Positions 25,434 to 39,143 of a stretch of DNA of 64,000 nt are shown here, one piece after another; the stretch's first letter is position 1, and every line of letters starts with the position of its first letter. A program made the position numbers and the translations under genes. The notes below the pieces were generated by a model. The model was given only the letters and a program-made list of their open reading frames with translations, was not told the DNA's origin and searched no databases. The DNA comes from the human T2T-CHM13v2.0 reference genome, Homo sapiens: NCBI RefSeq assembly GCF_009914755.1, contig NC_060931.1. One strand, 5' to 3'.

Positions 25434-26352
25434 TGCTGGGAGAGGCAATCCACCATGGCCCCAAGCCTCCCTATGCACTCCTACTGGGCATGCCAACAAT
25501 GCAAGGGCCTGACCACTCATTATCTGGGCCATTTCTCAGAGCTGTGTTTACAACAAGAAATCTTGAGAAATGAGACAGCATCTGCTATAGTTTGGATGTT
25601 TACCCCTTCAAACTTCATGTTGAAATTTGATCCCCAATACTGGAGGTGGGTCCTAGTGGGAGGTATTTGGGTCATGAGGGCAGATCTCTCATAAATGGCT
25701 TGGGGGCATTCTCATAGTAATGAGTGAGTTCTTGCTCTTGTTCCTGTGGAACTTCCCCCAAGAGCTGGTTGTTAAAAAGAGCACAGCACCCACCTCCCTA
25801 CTTGCTTCCTCTCTGGCCATGTGATCTCTGTACATGCTGGCTCCCCTTCACCTTCCACCATGAATGGAAGCTTCCTGAGGCCTCCCCAAAAGCAGATGCT
25901 GGTGCCAGCCTTCTTGTACAGCCTGAAGAACTGTGAGCCAGATAAACCTATTTTTTTAAAATAAATTACCTAGCCTCAGGTATTTCTTTATAGTAACACA
26001 AATGGACTAAGACAACATCTTACCCCAGACAAAGAACAGGCTTGCTTCCACTCACAGTAAAAGCAATGAATCCTCTAATTTCAGTGTTTCCCTACTGTAA
26101 TGCAACCCATGGCATATTCAGGCACCCCAAGGGGTTTCTCTGTCACTCTCACGGGACTTTGGAGAGTGGGTATGGGGAAGCAACAGATACAAACCAACAT
26201 GAAATTGTGGTTCCCTTTTTGCCATGAGTAATAAGTCCTTTGTCTCTGGCTGAGGAGTCTTATGTCTTCTACTAACATTGATAAAATAGTAACAGGCTAG
26301 CTTATTAGCTTCTAAGTAGGGTAAATTCCCAGACCCTTCACAATTCTTGACA
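25434..26352 (+). mobile_element. ERVL-class solo LTR (MER76/LTR47/MER68-like), interrupted by MSTB
   Basis: 3' end AGTAATAAGTCCTTTGTCTCTG...GTAGGGTAAATTCCCAGACCCTTCACAATTCTTGACA; subfamily uncertain. Confidence 0.6.
25583..26014 (+). mobile_element. MSTB-type MaLR solo LTR
   Basis: TGCTATAGTTTGGATGTTT...CTTTATAGTAACACAAATGGACTAAGACA; 5 bp TSD GCATC/ACATC. Confidence 0.9.
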
Positions 26353-26559
26353 CTGAGGTAAAGATAAACACATTTTTAGGGGCTAATAAAAGCACTAGAC
26401 TTTCAATCCAGCAGAAAACCATTCACAACTAAATGTTTTTATTTAAGTAAACTCTAGCCTTCTTTAAAATATTGATTGATTGGTTCTTATAATCTGGAAA
26501 GCAAACTAAGCATATCTCCATCTAACCCCCAAACTCTAGTTTCAAATGTATTATCTGGG

Positions 26560-26755
26560 TATTGGTGTAGTCTAGTGATTCGGTTATAGAATCATAAGAC
26601 CTGAGCTTGAATGTAAGCTCTGAGACTTATTTTCCTCAAATATATGATAAGGACAGTAATACCTGATTCTTGTAGTGTTGCTTCATGGATGAAGTGAGAT
26701 AGTATATATGATACCTAGGGTTTCAGATATAGCAGACACCTTGCAAATGCTGGTT
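26560..26755 (+). mobile_element. MIR SINE fragment
   Basis: AGACCTGAGCTTGAATGTAAGCTCTG...GATAAGGACAGTAATACCTG...GATGAAGTGAGATA. Confidence 0.55.
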
Positions 26756-28729
26756 TCCCTCTCTTTTTCTCTCTTCCCATTCCTATCACATACACAGCCT
26801 TAGAATTGTTTTCTAGTTTTTCCATGTTTTATTTTGCATGTATTTTTACTCAAGCCACTGACATTCAGCAGAAAGTCTGCCCTTTAGATACTTTAAAGGA
26901 GATCTAATCATTAACTGATTTCCATATTCCTCTCTTAAGATTTCAGCTACTTAAATCCTACCTTTTCATTTCTAGTCTGTTTCCATCATAGTCTTTTAAA
27001 ATGTGCTGCTTTCCGTGTAATAAGTGCCATCTGTAAGCATTTAACATTTTTAATGCAAAGAGTGCTCACATTTACTATCCCAGGTGAGCCTCCCACAGCT
27101 CTCCATGTTCTGTATGGCGGCAGAAGCCCAGTCTTCCCCTCTGAAGACCATCAAACTAAAATGCTGCAGCATCACTAATGGTCCTGCTGTTGGTAAGGGC
27201 AGAGCTGGAACATTAACCCTGGGGTCCTGACTCTGAGCCTCATTCTCCTCCCACTTTATCTTACTGCCTGCTCTGTCCACTCTTCCCTCTTCCTGTGCCT
27301 GTTTTCCTCACCTCTGGGCTTGTTTCTTCCAAGGTCTCCTTTTGACAATATTTTTGCAATGACTCTGTATTTGCCAGGGCTCTTTCCATTTTTCCATTTC
27401 AAGTGACAGAAATCCTACTCAAAAAAGATTTATCAGCTCGTGTGCGGAGCAGTATGAGGCAGTGAGTGACGCCAGGTGAAGCTGGGGTTGAGGGCTCAAA
27501 GGTGTCATTAGGGTTTTTTTTTCTCCTGTACATTTCTCAGCCCTACTTCCTTCTGGTTTTTGGCTTCCTTCACTTCCTGCAGATGCATTTCCTTTTTGTG
27601 GTAGCAAGCGTGGCAGGCAACAGGTTCTATGTACATCTGCACTACTTGCTATTCAAGAGGAGAGAAAGTCATGTTCTTCATCTGTCTGTAGGGAATTCGC
27701 GCCATTTGGATTGTGTGCCATTCATGGGACCAATCACTGGCCGAGCTCAGCATCACATACCTGTTTCTTTAATGGGAAGGTGGGGTTCTGATTTGAATGG
27801 AAAAAGCATGCCTCAGAGAAAAAGAGTTGAAGAAGGGGCCACCTGACCAGAGAAACGCAAAGCAAAGCAAAAACCCAGCATTGTGTCAATCAAACCTTGC
27901 ATTCTAGACAGTAGCAAGTAATTCAAATTTAAATACTATAAAAACTGATATATATTTTTTTCTGAATTTTTGCATGAATTTTGTCTTCACATTAAAGCTT
28001 ATTCACTGAATTTCATGTGATTTAATTTAATGTCTGTGACAGCCTTTTCAGACAAACAAATTAAAATGCAGGAGAAAAAATGTTTGTCAGACCACACATC
28101 CTCATTTGGAGCTCAGAAAATGTAATCCTCGTAGGTAAGGACAGCAGAGCCTACGGGCAGGTGTGCTGTCTGTCGTGTCTCACCTGCCCACCTCCAGTGC
28201 TCCATTTCTTGGCGAGGAAGCCAGCCTGCTTGAGCACTCATTGAATATATATTTAATGGTGCGACATTTATGCGATGCCAAGGAGACTTTGAAATGACTA
28301 AATTTAAAATAGATCTTTCTACCTCAACCAAGAGAGAGAAAGCAAAAGGAAATGAAAGACACTCTGTGAGTTGAGAAGACACATTGCAAAAGAGCTAAAA
28401 CCAAATATGCCTGCAGGTTTCCAAAGCAGGCTTTTGTTATTTTACTTTCTATCTCTTTTTCTCTGTCTCTTTCTTCCTTTCTACCCCAGATGTACCAGGC
28501 AAATTAGTAAACAATAATAGTAATGATGATTCTAATGATGATATTACTAAGGATAACAACCCTTTATGGAACACTCATTACATGTCAAACACTTTGCCAA
28601 CCTTTTTATATCAATGATCTAATTCAATACTCACCACCAGGGAGTGAATTTTATTTGTATATTATAGGAGGAGGCTGAGGTTTAGGGACGTTCACTAACT
28701 TATCCAAGTTTATTCAGTTGATAATACTT

Positions 28730-28950
28730 CTAGTGGCTTCCTATTGCTCCTGCACCACATTATCATGAATCTCATGGCTTAGAAAACACACATTTATTAT
28801 CTTATGTTCAGAGGCCAGAAGTCCAAAATGGGTTTCACTGGGCTAACATTAAGAGGTTAGCTATGTCCGTTTCTGGAGGTGCTGGGAAGAATCCATTTCC
28901 TTACCTTTTCTAGCTTCAAGAAGATGCCCACATTCTTTGGCTTGTGACCT
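28730..28950 (-). mobile_element. MLT1C/D LTR fragment
   Basis: GGCTTAGAAAACACACATTTATTATCTTA...TTTCTGGAGGTGCTGGGAAGAATCCATTTCCTTACCTTTTCTAGCTTC. Confidence 0.75.
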
Positions 28951-28954
28951 TGTC

Positions 28955-30620
28955 AGAGATAAAAGATAGCTCTTGCCATCAAGATGCTCACAAAGGGAAG
29001 ACACATAGGTAAACCAGTGATCACAGGACTTTGTGAGGATGCTGTGGGAGCAAAGAGGAGTGTATGTGTACAGTGTTGGTGTAGGGGTATGTTAGAAAAG
29101 GATTCAAATGGAAGTTGATGCCTCAGCAGAGTCCTAAGGCATGAATAGGAGTTATTCAGGCAGAGAAAAATGGGAACACACTCTAGGCAGAGGGAACAGC
29201 ATGTGCATAAACATGAAGGGCAAGAGGGTACACAGCATTTGGAGAATGCAACTTGTCTGGTATGGATGGGACATAGAATCCAACTGGAGAAGAGAAAAAC
29301 AAAGACATAATGAAAAAGCAGGTTTACTATTTAGGGCAAAGACTGGAGCAGAGTATTAAAAGACCCCAAAATACAGTGGCCCAAATGAGATAGCTTTTTA
29401 TTTCCCTCTCATGCAACCATCCAGCAGGCCAAGGTTGGCAGGTAGCTTTGCTGTATGATGATGTTTGGGAGCCATGTTGTTCCTCTACCTTTGCAGGTAG
29501 GGATGGGCCATGGCCATTTGTGTTCCAGCTTAAGGACATAGAAAGTGAAGAAGTCTGGGGCAAGCAATTTTCTTTTAAGCAAGTAAGGTGCAAACTTCAT
29601 CACATAAGGCCACACTTTACCTTATGGGAAATGCAGCTGTTAGCTGGACAATGCCAAGAGAGAATCAAGAGTGGACTAGATATGGGGCCAACAAAGAGTC
29701 TGCCCCAGCATGAAAGGAAGGCAGGGCTGGATTAGGAGGACAATTAGTGGCCATGTAACAGAATCTAACTTTTTCCTGAATCTGTCTCTTAATGGGACAG
29801 CATCATTAATTGGTGACAGACTTAATTTCAAACATGCATATTCTAGCAAACAAGCAGGGACAGTATACGGGACAAAGGGCAAGACTAAGAAGCAGGCAAT
29901 CCACCTAAGAAACATTTTGCAGTCATTCAGCCTCTGGAAAAAAAATGATAGAAAGGAGTAATAAGATTGAGAACTCTTTTGGGAATCTACAGGACTTGAT
30001 GATTGGCTTACTGTGGGGATTAGGGCAGACAGAAGAAATGTGGGTGATTCTAAAATGTCTGAGGAAAAGAGTGAATGGAGGTGGCATTCACCAAGATATC
30101 AAATATAAGTGGAGAAATAAGTTTGGGCAGAGGAGAAACATAATGAGGCAATTAGATTTACTCTTCGGAGCTCAAGAGAATCTTCTGCCCTGAGGATACA
30201 GATGTGACAGTGCCCGGCATGTGAGTTATCATTGGAAAGCTAAGAGCGAATGAGATTTCCTAAAGAGAGAGGACCAAGTGATCAAAGGCCCAGAGACGGA
30301 ACTCTGTGGAACAGACATATGGAAGGCAGCGATATGGAGGAAAAGCACTCCATGCAAAAAACTAAGAATGTGCCTTACAGCAATAGGAGGAAAACCAGGA
30401 GATGGCATTTTGTGGAAGCAAATGTAAGACAGAGTTTTAAAAATGAAGATGTGCTCAATTGTTAAATGCCAAATAAGTCAAGCAAAATAAGAACTGAAAA
30501 CCCATCCATGATTTGGCAATAGGAGCTCATTGGTCAGCTTGGTGTGAGGAGTGTTGGGCAGAATGGGGAGAATTGAATATTAGAATGGGAGAAATGTGGA
30601 GGGAAGGGTTGGAGAAAAAT
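28955..30620 (-). mobile_element. Fragmented L2 LINE with an embedded old MLT1 LTR (~29330-29650)
   Basis: Purine-rich L2 antisense text, e.g. CTAGGCAGAGGGAACAGCATGTGCA and AAGTCAAGCAAAATAAGAACTGAAAA...ATTTGGCAATAGGAG. Confidence 0.6.
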
Positions 30621-31939
30621 GAGAGCAGGGAGTAATTACTGAAGTAAAGTACTTTGGAAGAGGGAGAGAATGAAAGTCTAAGCCCAAGGGAGGAAATCAA
30701 TTCAATGACAGGACACAGATCCAGAGCCATAAACAGAGCAGCACTTCTGCCTTCAGTTGAGAGACTTAGAGAAAATGCCAAGAAGGGGTCAAACACCAGC
30801 ATAAAGGTGGAAGACACTAAACCAAGGGCAGTGATGCCCATCAATGATCTAAGGGTTTACTTTGGTTGGAGAAGTCAGGACTAGATGCAGGACGTAAACC
30901 AACCTAAAGGGTTAGCACATTTCCTGGGATTAACAAATGTAAGCACAAGCAAAGATTACAATATGAGTTGAGTCGGAGTATTAATTAATGTAATGAATTC
31001 CCTGCAGGTACAACCAGAATTATCTTAATAGCCATAAAAAGATACATTGGAATGATGTCAGTTGGCTTCCTTTCATTCCTCCTTTTATCCCCCAAGTGTT
31101 TTCCCCAAAAGTGGATTCTGCACTAAATCATTTTAATGATGAGCCCTCTCTGACTTGCATTTGTTCCTCTACTGGTGGCCCTCTTATCTGATTTTTTAAC
31201 TCACGGAGTTCCATGTAGTTGTTTACAGCATTTCCCTGGAGAGCTTGTAGGCATCTACATTCTAATTTCACCTTAGCAACTTCACTGTGTCTTTTTATTA
31301 CATCAATAGTCTGTTCATTTCAGACTTTGTCTTTTGGTATCAAGTTGGTTAATATATGATTTTGAAAATGTAAATATGCATACCTGCAACAAAGTGCATC
31401 AGAGTTGAAAGAAGAAAGAAGCAGGTTGTGTTTGCCTAAAAGCTGCAAAACCAGGCAATATACCAAGCATTGAATCTCACTTGGTTCCTGCGCAAATCAG
31501 ACTCATTTCCTGCACACCCAAATGACGTACAGTATGAGAATTTGCTGGTGCAGTGCTTGCTTCCTCACAGATACTCAAATGCTGGTTTTCTTTCTTCCTT
31601 CACACTCCCTCACAGAGTTCACTGTCAAGTAAGGGAGACAGGCATAATTAAATATGTACGCAAGAAAAGGAAGGGGACTTTAGAGATAATGGGACTTCAT
31701 TTGTGGAGGAAGAGAGACACGAGAAAGCAAATAGCCTTGAGGAAGAATGGATAGAAACAAGTTCACACTAGAGTATTTGCCAGGATCTTAGTAATAACGA
31801 CATTTAGATTTTGGTAAATCACTTTTACAAAAGTTGCTTTGTCTTGAGAGAGAACTGAGGCTGACAGATTTCACAACATGGGCTACATTCTTTTCTGCAC
31901 ACTTGCTCTAACCTTTGTACTCTTCATTTTGCTGTTGAT

Positions 31940-32780
31940 TCATCCAGTGGCGTTTTTATTTCAGACATCATATTTTTCAGTTCTAGAATTTTTATTTGAT
32001 TCTTTTGACCGTTTCTATTTCTCTGCCTAGATTTTCTATCTTGTTATTCATTGTTAACATATTTTTTTCACCACTGAGCATAATTATAAATAGCTGCTTC
32101 ATAACATTTGTCTGCTAATTACAATATATAAATAATTTCAGGGTTGGTCTCAGTTGATATTCCTTCTCTCCTGAAAATGTGTTCCATCTTTTTGTTTGCT
32201 TGTAACTTGGGTAATTTTGCATTGTATCCTGGACATTATGAATATAAAGTTATGAAGATTCTATGTTCCATTATTTAGCCTCAATGAGGAAAAAATTAAC
32301 TGCAAACTGTTTATTTTGGGTGGTTGCTTTTGACTCGACTAAAATATTTTGTTATCATTTCAGCTTTTAGTCTACACTCTGCATGTGTGGCTTAGGGGTC
32401 AGCCAGAGCTGAGAGCAGACAGAAGTTGGAAATCCTCCCTCGGACTCTTTCCCTTCCTGCATTCCCTTTCTCTTCCCAGCAGCCATGGTGGCCCTGGATT
32501 CAGCTTTCCCTTCCACAGGCCAGAGAGATTGTGATTTTTTTTCCACCAATGCCCTGCCACCCTGCAGGCTGCTCTCACTACACTTGGGTGTAAGTGAAAA
32601 GCTGTCCCTATAACTTCCCTCCTCTGAGCACGGACCACCCCACTCCTGGGTCTGCCTGCTCTTCTCACTCTCATATGTCTTCAAGAAGCTGCTTGTATTA
32701 CGTCCAAAGCTTACAATTGGTATGTCCAGGAGGCTCAGTCTGGTAGGATCTTACTCTGTCCTTACCAGCAGCAGAAGTAA
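31940..32780 (-). mobile_element. Old L1M 5'/ORF1-region fragment
   Basis: TTTTATTTCAGACATCATATTTTTCAGTTCTAGAATTTTTATTTGATTCTTTT is typical antisense L1M ORF1 region. Confidence 0.65.
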
Positions 32781-33931
32781 TCTGTCTTTGCGGATCAAAG
32801 ATGGATTTGAGCTCTGGATCTGAACCAACGAACACACAATGACCTATGAATTTTTTGGACAGGAACATTGAAGATGGCATGAGCTATCCAGTGGAGACAC
32901 ACATCCATATGCATGTGCATTTTTATATATTTTTATGAAATGCATGACATGTCTTAAAAAGCCATTTATGTAGTGTGTAGGTGTGAGTCTATGAAAGAAT
33001 TGGAAATGAATGTATGCCTCCTTTCACTTTGTTGTTTAGTATTCCTTAGGAAGAAGCAATATTGAATAAAATTTTAACTAATTATCCAAGATTATGAGTC
33101 TGATATTGCAGTATGTGGGGAAAGGGTTTGGGTAGAAGGAGAACTTGGGCTCCAGCAGGGGCTCTGGATTGAATATGCAGGTCCTATCCCTTAAGACTCA
33201 GTAGATACTATGACCATTGTATTTTTCTATAATCACAGCCATACCCTCAGATGTAAGCAGAATGAGCAAAGCTCTTTGCCATTGCACTAAAAATATCTAG
33301 GTAATTACAATAACCCTGCCATTGAAAAAGCAAGCAATTATGAAGATATCTTTTACTGCAACATTTACATTGCAGAATATTGGACAGAATCTAAATTTCC
33401 AACAACACAACAATAGGGAATTGGGTAAATGAATGATAACAAAGTCATACAATAAAATATTTTTCAGTTATAAAAATGATGCTGTAGAAGGGCAGGCAAT
33501 AACCCGGAGAGGGATTAAAGCATATTAAGTGAAACAGCAAGTTATAAAACATGTACACTTGATTAAGTTCTTGCTGGGAAATATCCACTTATCATCTCTT
33601 CCCCTAGTCTGCCATTAATCATTTGCCTGTTCAAGGAGAGACACCAAACTGCTAGAACTGGTTATCTCAATATAGAAAGATGATGGGTCGTTTTAAGTTT
33701 TATTTTTCTTTTGCTTATTTTTAACTCTGTAGTATTTTTCTATGTTGGATATCTCTTACTTTTAAAATAAGAAAGATGTTATGTACTATCATGAGAGAAA
33801 GCGAGGGTAAAAACTAGCATGTGCTGGCATGCTAGGGAGAGGGTGTCTGTGAGATGGCAGAGAGAGCATTCATTCAGCACCAGGCTAGTGGCTTAGGCCT
33901 CTGTCACCCAAACTCTGGTGAGAACTCTAGC

Positions 33932-34245
<314 letters not shown>

Positions 34246-34889
34246 TCAACACTTCTAAACTCCAGTAATTCAAGTCTTGGTTCTGGATTGAGGACCGGTT
34301 CTTTTGATTATGAGGTGTCTGCAAATGGCTTCTACCTGTAACTTGAAAGCAGAACATACCTATGTTGACCCCCCACCTTGGGGCCCACCTTCCTAAAACC
34401 ACGTAGTTATGGTGTAAAAAGGTTTTTGCTTTTTGTGAGAAGTTGGACCCCAGATGATATACCAGGCAACATCTATCACTTTTATGACTGATGAAGACTA
34501 TTTTGCAAAATATATACATGTATGCGTGTAGCAAACTTCTACTCTAGAATGCATATACGAGCTAATTGCCAGACATCATTTATTAGTGTGCTTAGTAGTG
34601 GTTTTTTTCTTGACACTTAGTAGTGGCTTTTTTCCTAACACTTGGAAAAGTTTTCCCAATTACATTACCTGCCCCTGGCCCCTGGCATATGTAATATAAA
34701 AATAAATGTATACTTGAGCATACTATAACTTACATTTAGGTAAAACTAATAATTGAGATTTTATTATTTTGAGAAATAATTTTTTATGTTTATGGCTTTA
34801 TTCCTTCATGTTAAAAACAATATATTCAAAATTACTTTAAAGTCGGTTTTCAAGTCTTTTCATTTATATATCTATTTCATTTATTCACT

Positions 34890-35870
34890 GTATCGGTCAG
34901 GATACTGGAAAAAACCAAAACTTAACTAATCTAGTTCAATGAAAGAGTTTAATGAATGGATGATTTATTGAGATGCAGGTGGGGTTGAAGGAACCAAAAG
35001 GATGTGAAGACATCCAGGAACTAGCAATGTAGGAAGCTGTTAACAGGCTTAGACCCCGTAGGGGAGCCATATATGGCTTTCCTCTACCTTCCTAGGTTCT
35101 TTGGCTAGGCTATGAATTAAATTGATATAAGGCCAATTAACAGGAGAAAAAAACATTTTAATTATGTACATATGCCTGGAGTTTCACAAAATATGAGACT
35201 GAAAGATGGGTCAGATGATTGAAGCTTCTGTAGCATCCTAAGCTACAGAAGGAATAGGGACATGGGGCTTCTGGGGCTTGGCAGCACACAGGGCAGGGGA
35301 GGGTGGAGAAGGAAATGTGTGGTGCGTAGAGGGTGTCTTGTTCTGCAGACGAAACCTCTCTCGGGTAATAACAGCCGTCTCTGAGCAGCCCTCAGAGGAA
35401 GCGATGACAGTCTGTCTGGGCATGGTGTCAACCTCAAGTCTCTCCTGTGTTCCCCAGGGAGGAAGGTCATGACAACTGAACTCCTTCTGAAGGAAGTTCA
35501 GAGAAAGCCCTTCCCTGTACTTGCTGTTCCTCAAGTGCCCCCAGTGGGAACTAACCAGCATACCAAGCAGCACATTTCAGGGTGATATTTCCTGAACTCC
35601 TTCAACCTAAAGGGAAAAAAGGAGGAAATAATATTCCTGGAACTCAGTGAGAGGTGGGGCCATGGAGGCGGGGCCACCATAGAAGCTGTAGCTGTGGAGG
35701 GCACAGCCATGTCAGAGCAACATGGAGGAGAGGAAATGGGAAGAGAAACCTCATGTGTCTCTCCTTCCACCTTCCAACCTCCAATGGCCTGTAGACAGTG
35801 GAAAGCCACTCAGCAGGAGAGCTAAATAAGGAGCCCCGGGGGTCAGGACAGAGGTGGGCAAAGGAAGGTG
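34890..35870 (-). mobile_element. Old ERVL LTR (LTR33-like) split by a MER34-type LTR
   Basis: TGTATCGGTCAGGATACTGG...GAGTTTAATGAATGGATGATTTA; sequence resumes after 35608. Confidence 0.5.
35057..35604 (-). mobile_element. MER34-family ERV1 solo LTR
   Basis: Minus-strand start TGAAGGAGTTCAGGAAATATCACCCTGAAATGTGCTGCTTGGTATG; 4 bp TSD ACCC/ACCT. Confidence 0.8.
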
Positions 35871-37003
35871 GAGAGCAGAGAATGAATGGTGAGGGGAAAA
35901 ATGAAAATAATCAGTTAATTCATTCAACAAATATTTTAAAAAGGATTGCTATGTTCCAGACACTGGGCTAAGTATACTTGACTCGACAGGCTTTGTTTGG
36001 GGTTTGTAAGTAGATCTATTGGGCACAGCCCTAGAGGCAAATTCTTTCTTCTTGAATATTATTTCTATTTACAGCATTTCAATAGCAATAGCTCTGTGCG
36101 GATTAGACTGCCAATGAAGTTCACTACCTTTTGCTTCTGCTTGTTGTTCTACATAATGGCACATTGTGAAAAGCCGCAAGTATAGAGCGGGCACGACTTC
36201 TTATAATTAAGTATACGGGTAAAAGCACAGCTGAATTTGGAATTTTGCATAAGGGAGTTTTCTAGGCTTTTTTTTGGCTTTAAAGAAAAAGCACAAATAA
36301 GGAGGCAGAATACAGGAGAGGAGACAGGAGTCCGGAACAAAAGCAAATAACCTAATGAGCTATTCAAAGGCAAATTCACAAACTGCGCTTCTCGAAGCCT
36401 TAATAAGAAGGATGGAGGCCATCAAATCAGGTGAGGAGTTCATATTATTACTGAGAATGTGCTGTCTGGAGAAAGGCAATGGAGTATCACCAAAGAAGCA
36501 GCATTCTGGTAAAAAAAAAAAAAAAATTCTAGATCAGAAATCATAGAACATGTTTCTTTGTTCAGAGCTTCATAACTCAGTCTGCGGAGTGGATAATGAG
36601 TGTGTAGTTCCCTATTCTACCCTCTGGCAACTTTGAAGGCTGTTCCTTTTCTTTTTAAGTACTGCCCCATCCTCTCCCATCATAGAAGGCAAGCAGAAGA
36701 ACTTCAAACAGTACAAGTGTATCTTATAGCACACGCTAGATTAGTTCCTTTACTACTTTATATAAACTGATATTTCTTAATGAATGGATAAGGCTTGAGA
36801 ATTGGAATATCCGCCTCTGCTTGAGGTCCTGCTGCTGTGTAAACTGTGGACAAGTCACTTAACTCCTCATTTCCCTTGATTCATTCAGTCATTCAATTAC
36901 CTCATCTGTGAAGTGAGGGTAGTGTGTAGGGATCAACTGGAACACAGAGGGGGCTTTAGGAAGCCAAGAATCACATCAACTTGTATAGAAAATAGTCTGT
37001 GTA

Positions 37004-37349
<346 letters not shown>

Positions 37350-37827
37350 TGGTCTCTGTGTGTATCTGCTTGTTGATGTGGATCAGCACATTTTACCAGA
37401 TTCTCCAAGACTTTTGTGGCCCCTAAAAAGAATTATACAACTCAGAACCAAAATAGATTACTCAAATCCTATTTTAAACTAAAAAATTCTACAACTTTTG
37501 GTTTAGATTACAATTTTAGAACTGCCTCCCTCAAGTCCTTTTCTTGAACATCGATTGATAGTGCCTTTGCCAACTCTGGGTTTAGGTTCCTATCCTCTTC
37601 CCAGTTTTAATGATCTATAAACAAATAAAGCAGTGTCTTAACGAGGAGATGTCATCAACTATATTCAAAGCATTCTAATTTAGAAGGCCATTTTTTATGG
37701 TTTCATGAATATGCCCTATTTTATCTGTTTTAAAAATCATGGTTTAATATTTGTTTTTTTATAACATGCAAGGAACTACATACAGCTTGAGATAGTTAAT
37801 ACGGTTTCAGACCAGGAGAAGATCTTG

Positions 37828-38041
37828 CAGTAGTATTGGCCAAAAGACCTTTCTGAGATGGTGGAAATGTTCCATGACTCTCTGCTGTCCAATATGGTGG
37901 CCATTAGCCACAGCTGGCCATTGTGCACTTAAAATGTGGCTAGTGCAACTAAGGAATTAAATTTCTAATTTTATTTACTATTAATTTATTTAAAATTAAA
38001 TAGTCGCAGGTGGCAAATGACTATCACATTGGACAACACAG
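37828..38041. mobile_element. MER3 hAT-Charlie MITE
   Basis: CTGCTGTCCAATATGGTGGCCATTAGCCACA...CACTTAAAATGTGGCTAGTGCAACTAAGGAA...ATTGGACAACACAG. Confidence 0.85.
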
Positions 38042-38101
38042 CCTTAGAGAATGTCCCACATGATCCATATTAGGCACAGGAAATCCCATAACACCTTCTA
38101 A

Positions 38102-38326
38102 AGCAGGCTTTCTCAACAATGATGCTATTGACATTTTAGGCCAGATAATTCTTTGTTGAGCGGGGAGGATAGTCCTGTGTATTGTAAGCTATTTAGGGGC
38201 ATTCAAACCTTTACCTACTAGATTTCAGTAGCACCTTGGCCCCCTATGCCCGCCCCACCAGTTGTGACAATGTTTGCAGACATTTCCAAATGTCTCCTGC
38301 AGGGCATAGATGCCCCAAGTTGAGAG
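38102..38326. mobile_element. MER20 hAT-Charlie MITE
   Basis: TTCTCAAC...CTATTGACATTTTAGGCCAGATAATTCTTTG...CAGTTGTGACAA...GACATTTCCAAATGTCTCCTG. Confidence 0.85.
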
Positions 38327-38544
38327 TAAGTTGTCCTTGAAATTACTCAGGGATTAGGCACCCTGCCAGATAGACCACTTTTATGCTGGGTTCTTGAAAT
38401 TATTAGGAGGTTATTTCATACATCTTGCTGCTCATAATTTCTTCTCCTTGCTAGTCTTTATACTTGGTAATTGTGGTAAGCTGCTGAGGAGGAAGGTGAA
38501 AATAAACAAGCTAGTTGAAATGTGTCAGTATCAACAGGAAACAC

Positions 38545-38752
38545 ATCAATAGTGGTTAAGAGTGTGAGCGCTGAAACTACAGAGAATGGGTTCAGTTTCT
38601 GGCTCTGTCAAGAACTAGCTGTGTGATCATTTGCAAGTTAATTCAGTTCTCTGTTTCTCAGTTTTCCTGTTTGTAAAATAGAAATGGTATAACCAGAGTT
38701 GTTTTAGGATTAAATGCAATAATGCCTATAAAATGCTTGGCTATTATTATTA
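38545..38752 (+). mobile_element. MIR SINE
   Basis: AGTGGTTAAGAGTGTGAGC...GGGTTCAGTTTCTGGCTCTG...CTCTGTTTCTCAGTTTTCCTGTTTGTAAAATAG. Confidence 0.8.
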
Positions 38753-38835
38753 GCAAAAATAATAACAGCAGCACCCTACTTTCTTGTTGTCCTAATTGTT
38801 GTTAAATATAGTATCTCATGTGACCTTCCCAGTTA

Positions 38836-39143
38836 TTTTTTTGTTTTTATTTTTTTGAGACAAGGTCTCACTCTGTTCCCAGGGCTGGAGTGCAGTGGCT
38901 TGATCACAACTCACAGTAGCCTTGACCTGCCGGGCTCAGGCGATTTTCCCACTTCAGCCTCCCGAGTAGTTGAGACTACCAGTGCATGTCTTCGTGCCCA
39001 GCTAATTTTTTGTATTCTTTTTTGTAGAGATGGGATTTCACCATGTTGCCCAGGCCGATCTCAAGCTCCTGGGCTTGAGCGATCTGCCTGCCTTGTTGTT
39101 CCAAAGTGCTGGGATTTACAGGAGTGAGCCACTGTGCCCGGCC
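38836..39143 (-). mobile_element. AluJ, full length
   Basis: Diverged reverse Alu dimer with J-type CCTGGGCTTGAGCGATC. Confidence 0.93.

Noticed and set aside
31165-31181. Second CTCF-like word GGCCACCAGTAGAGG on the minus strand
   Set aside because: Lacks the GGC 3' half of the core motif
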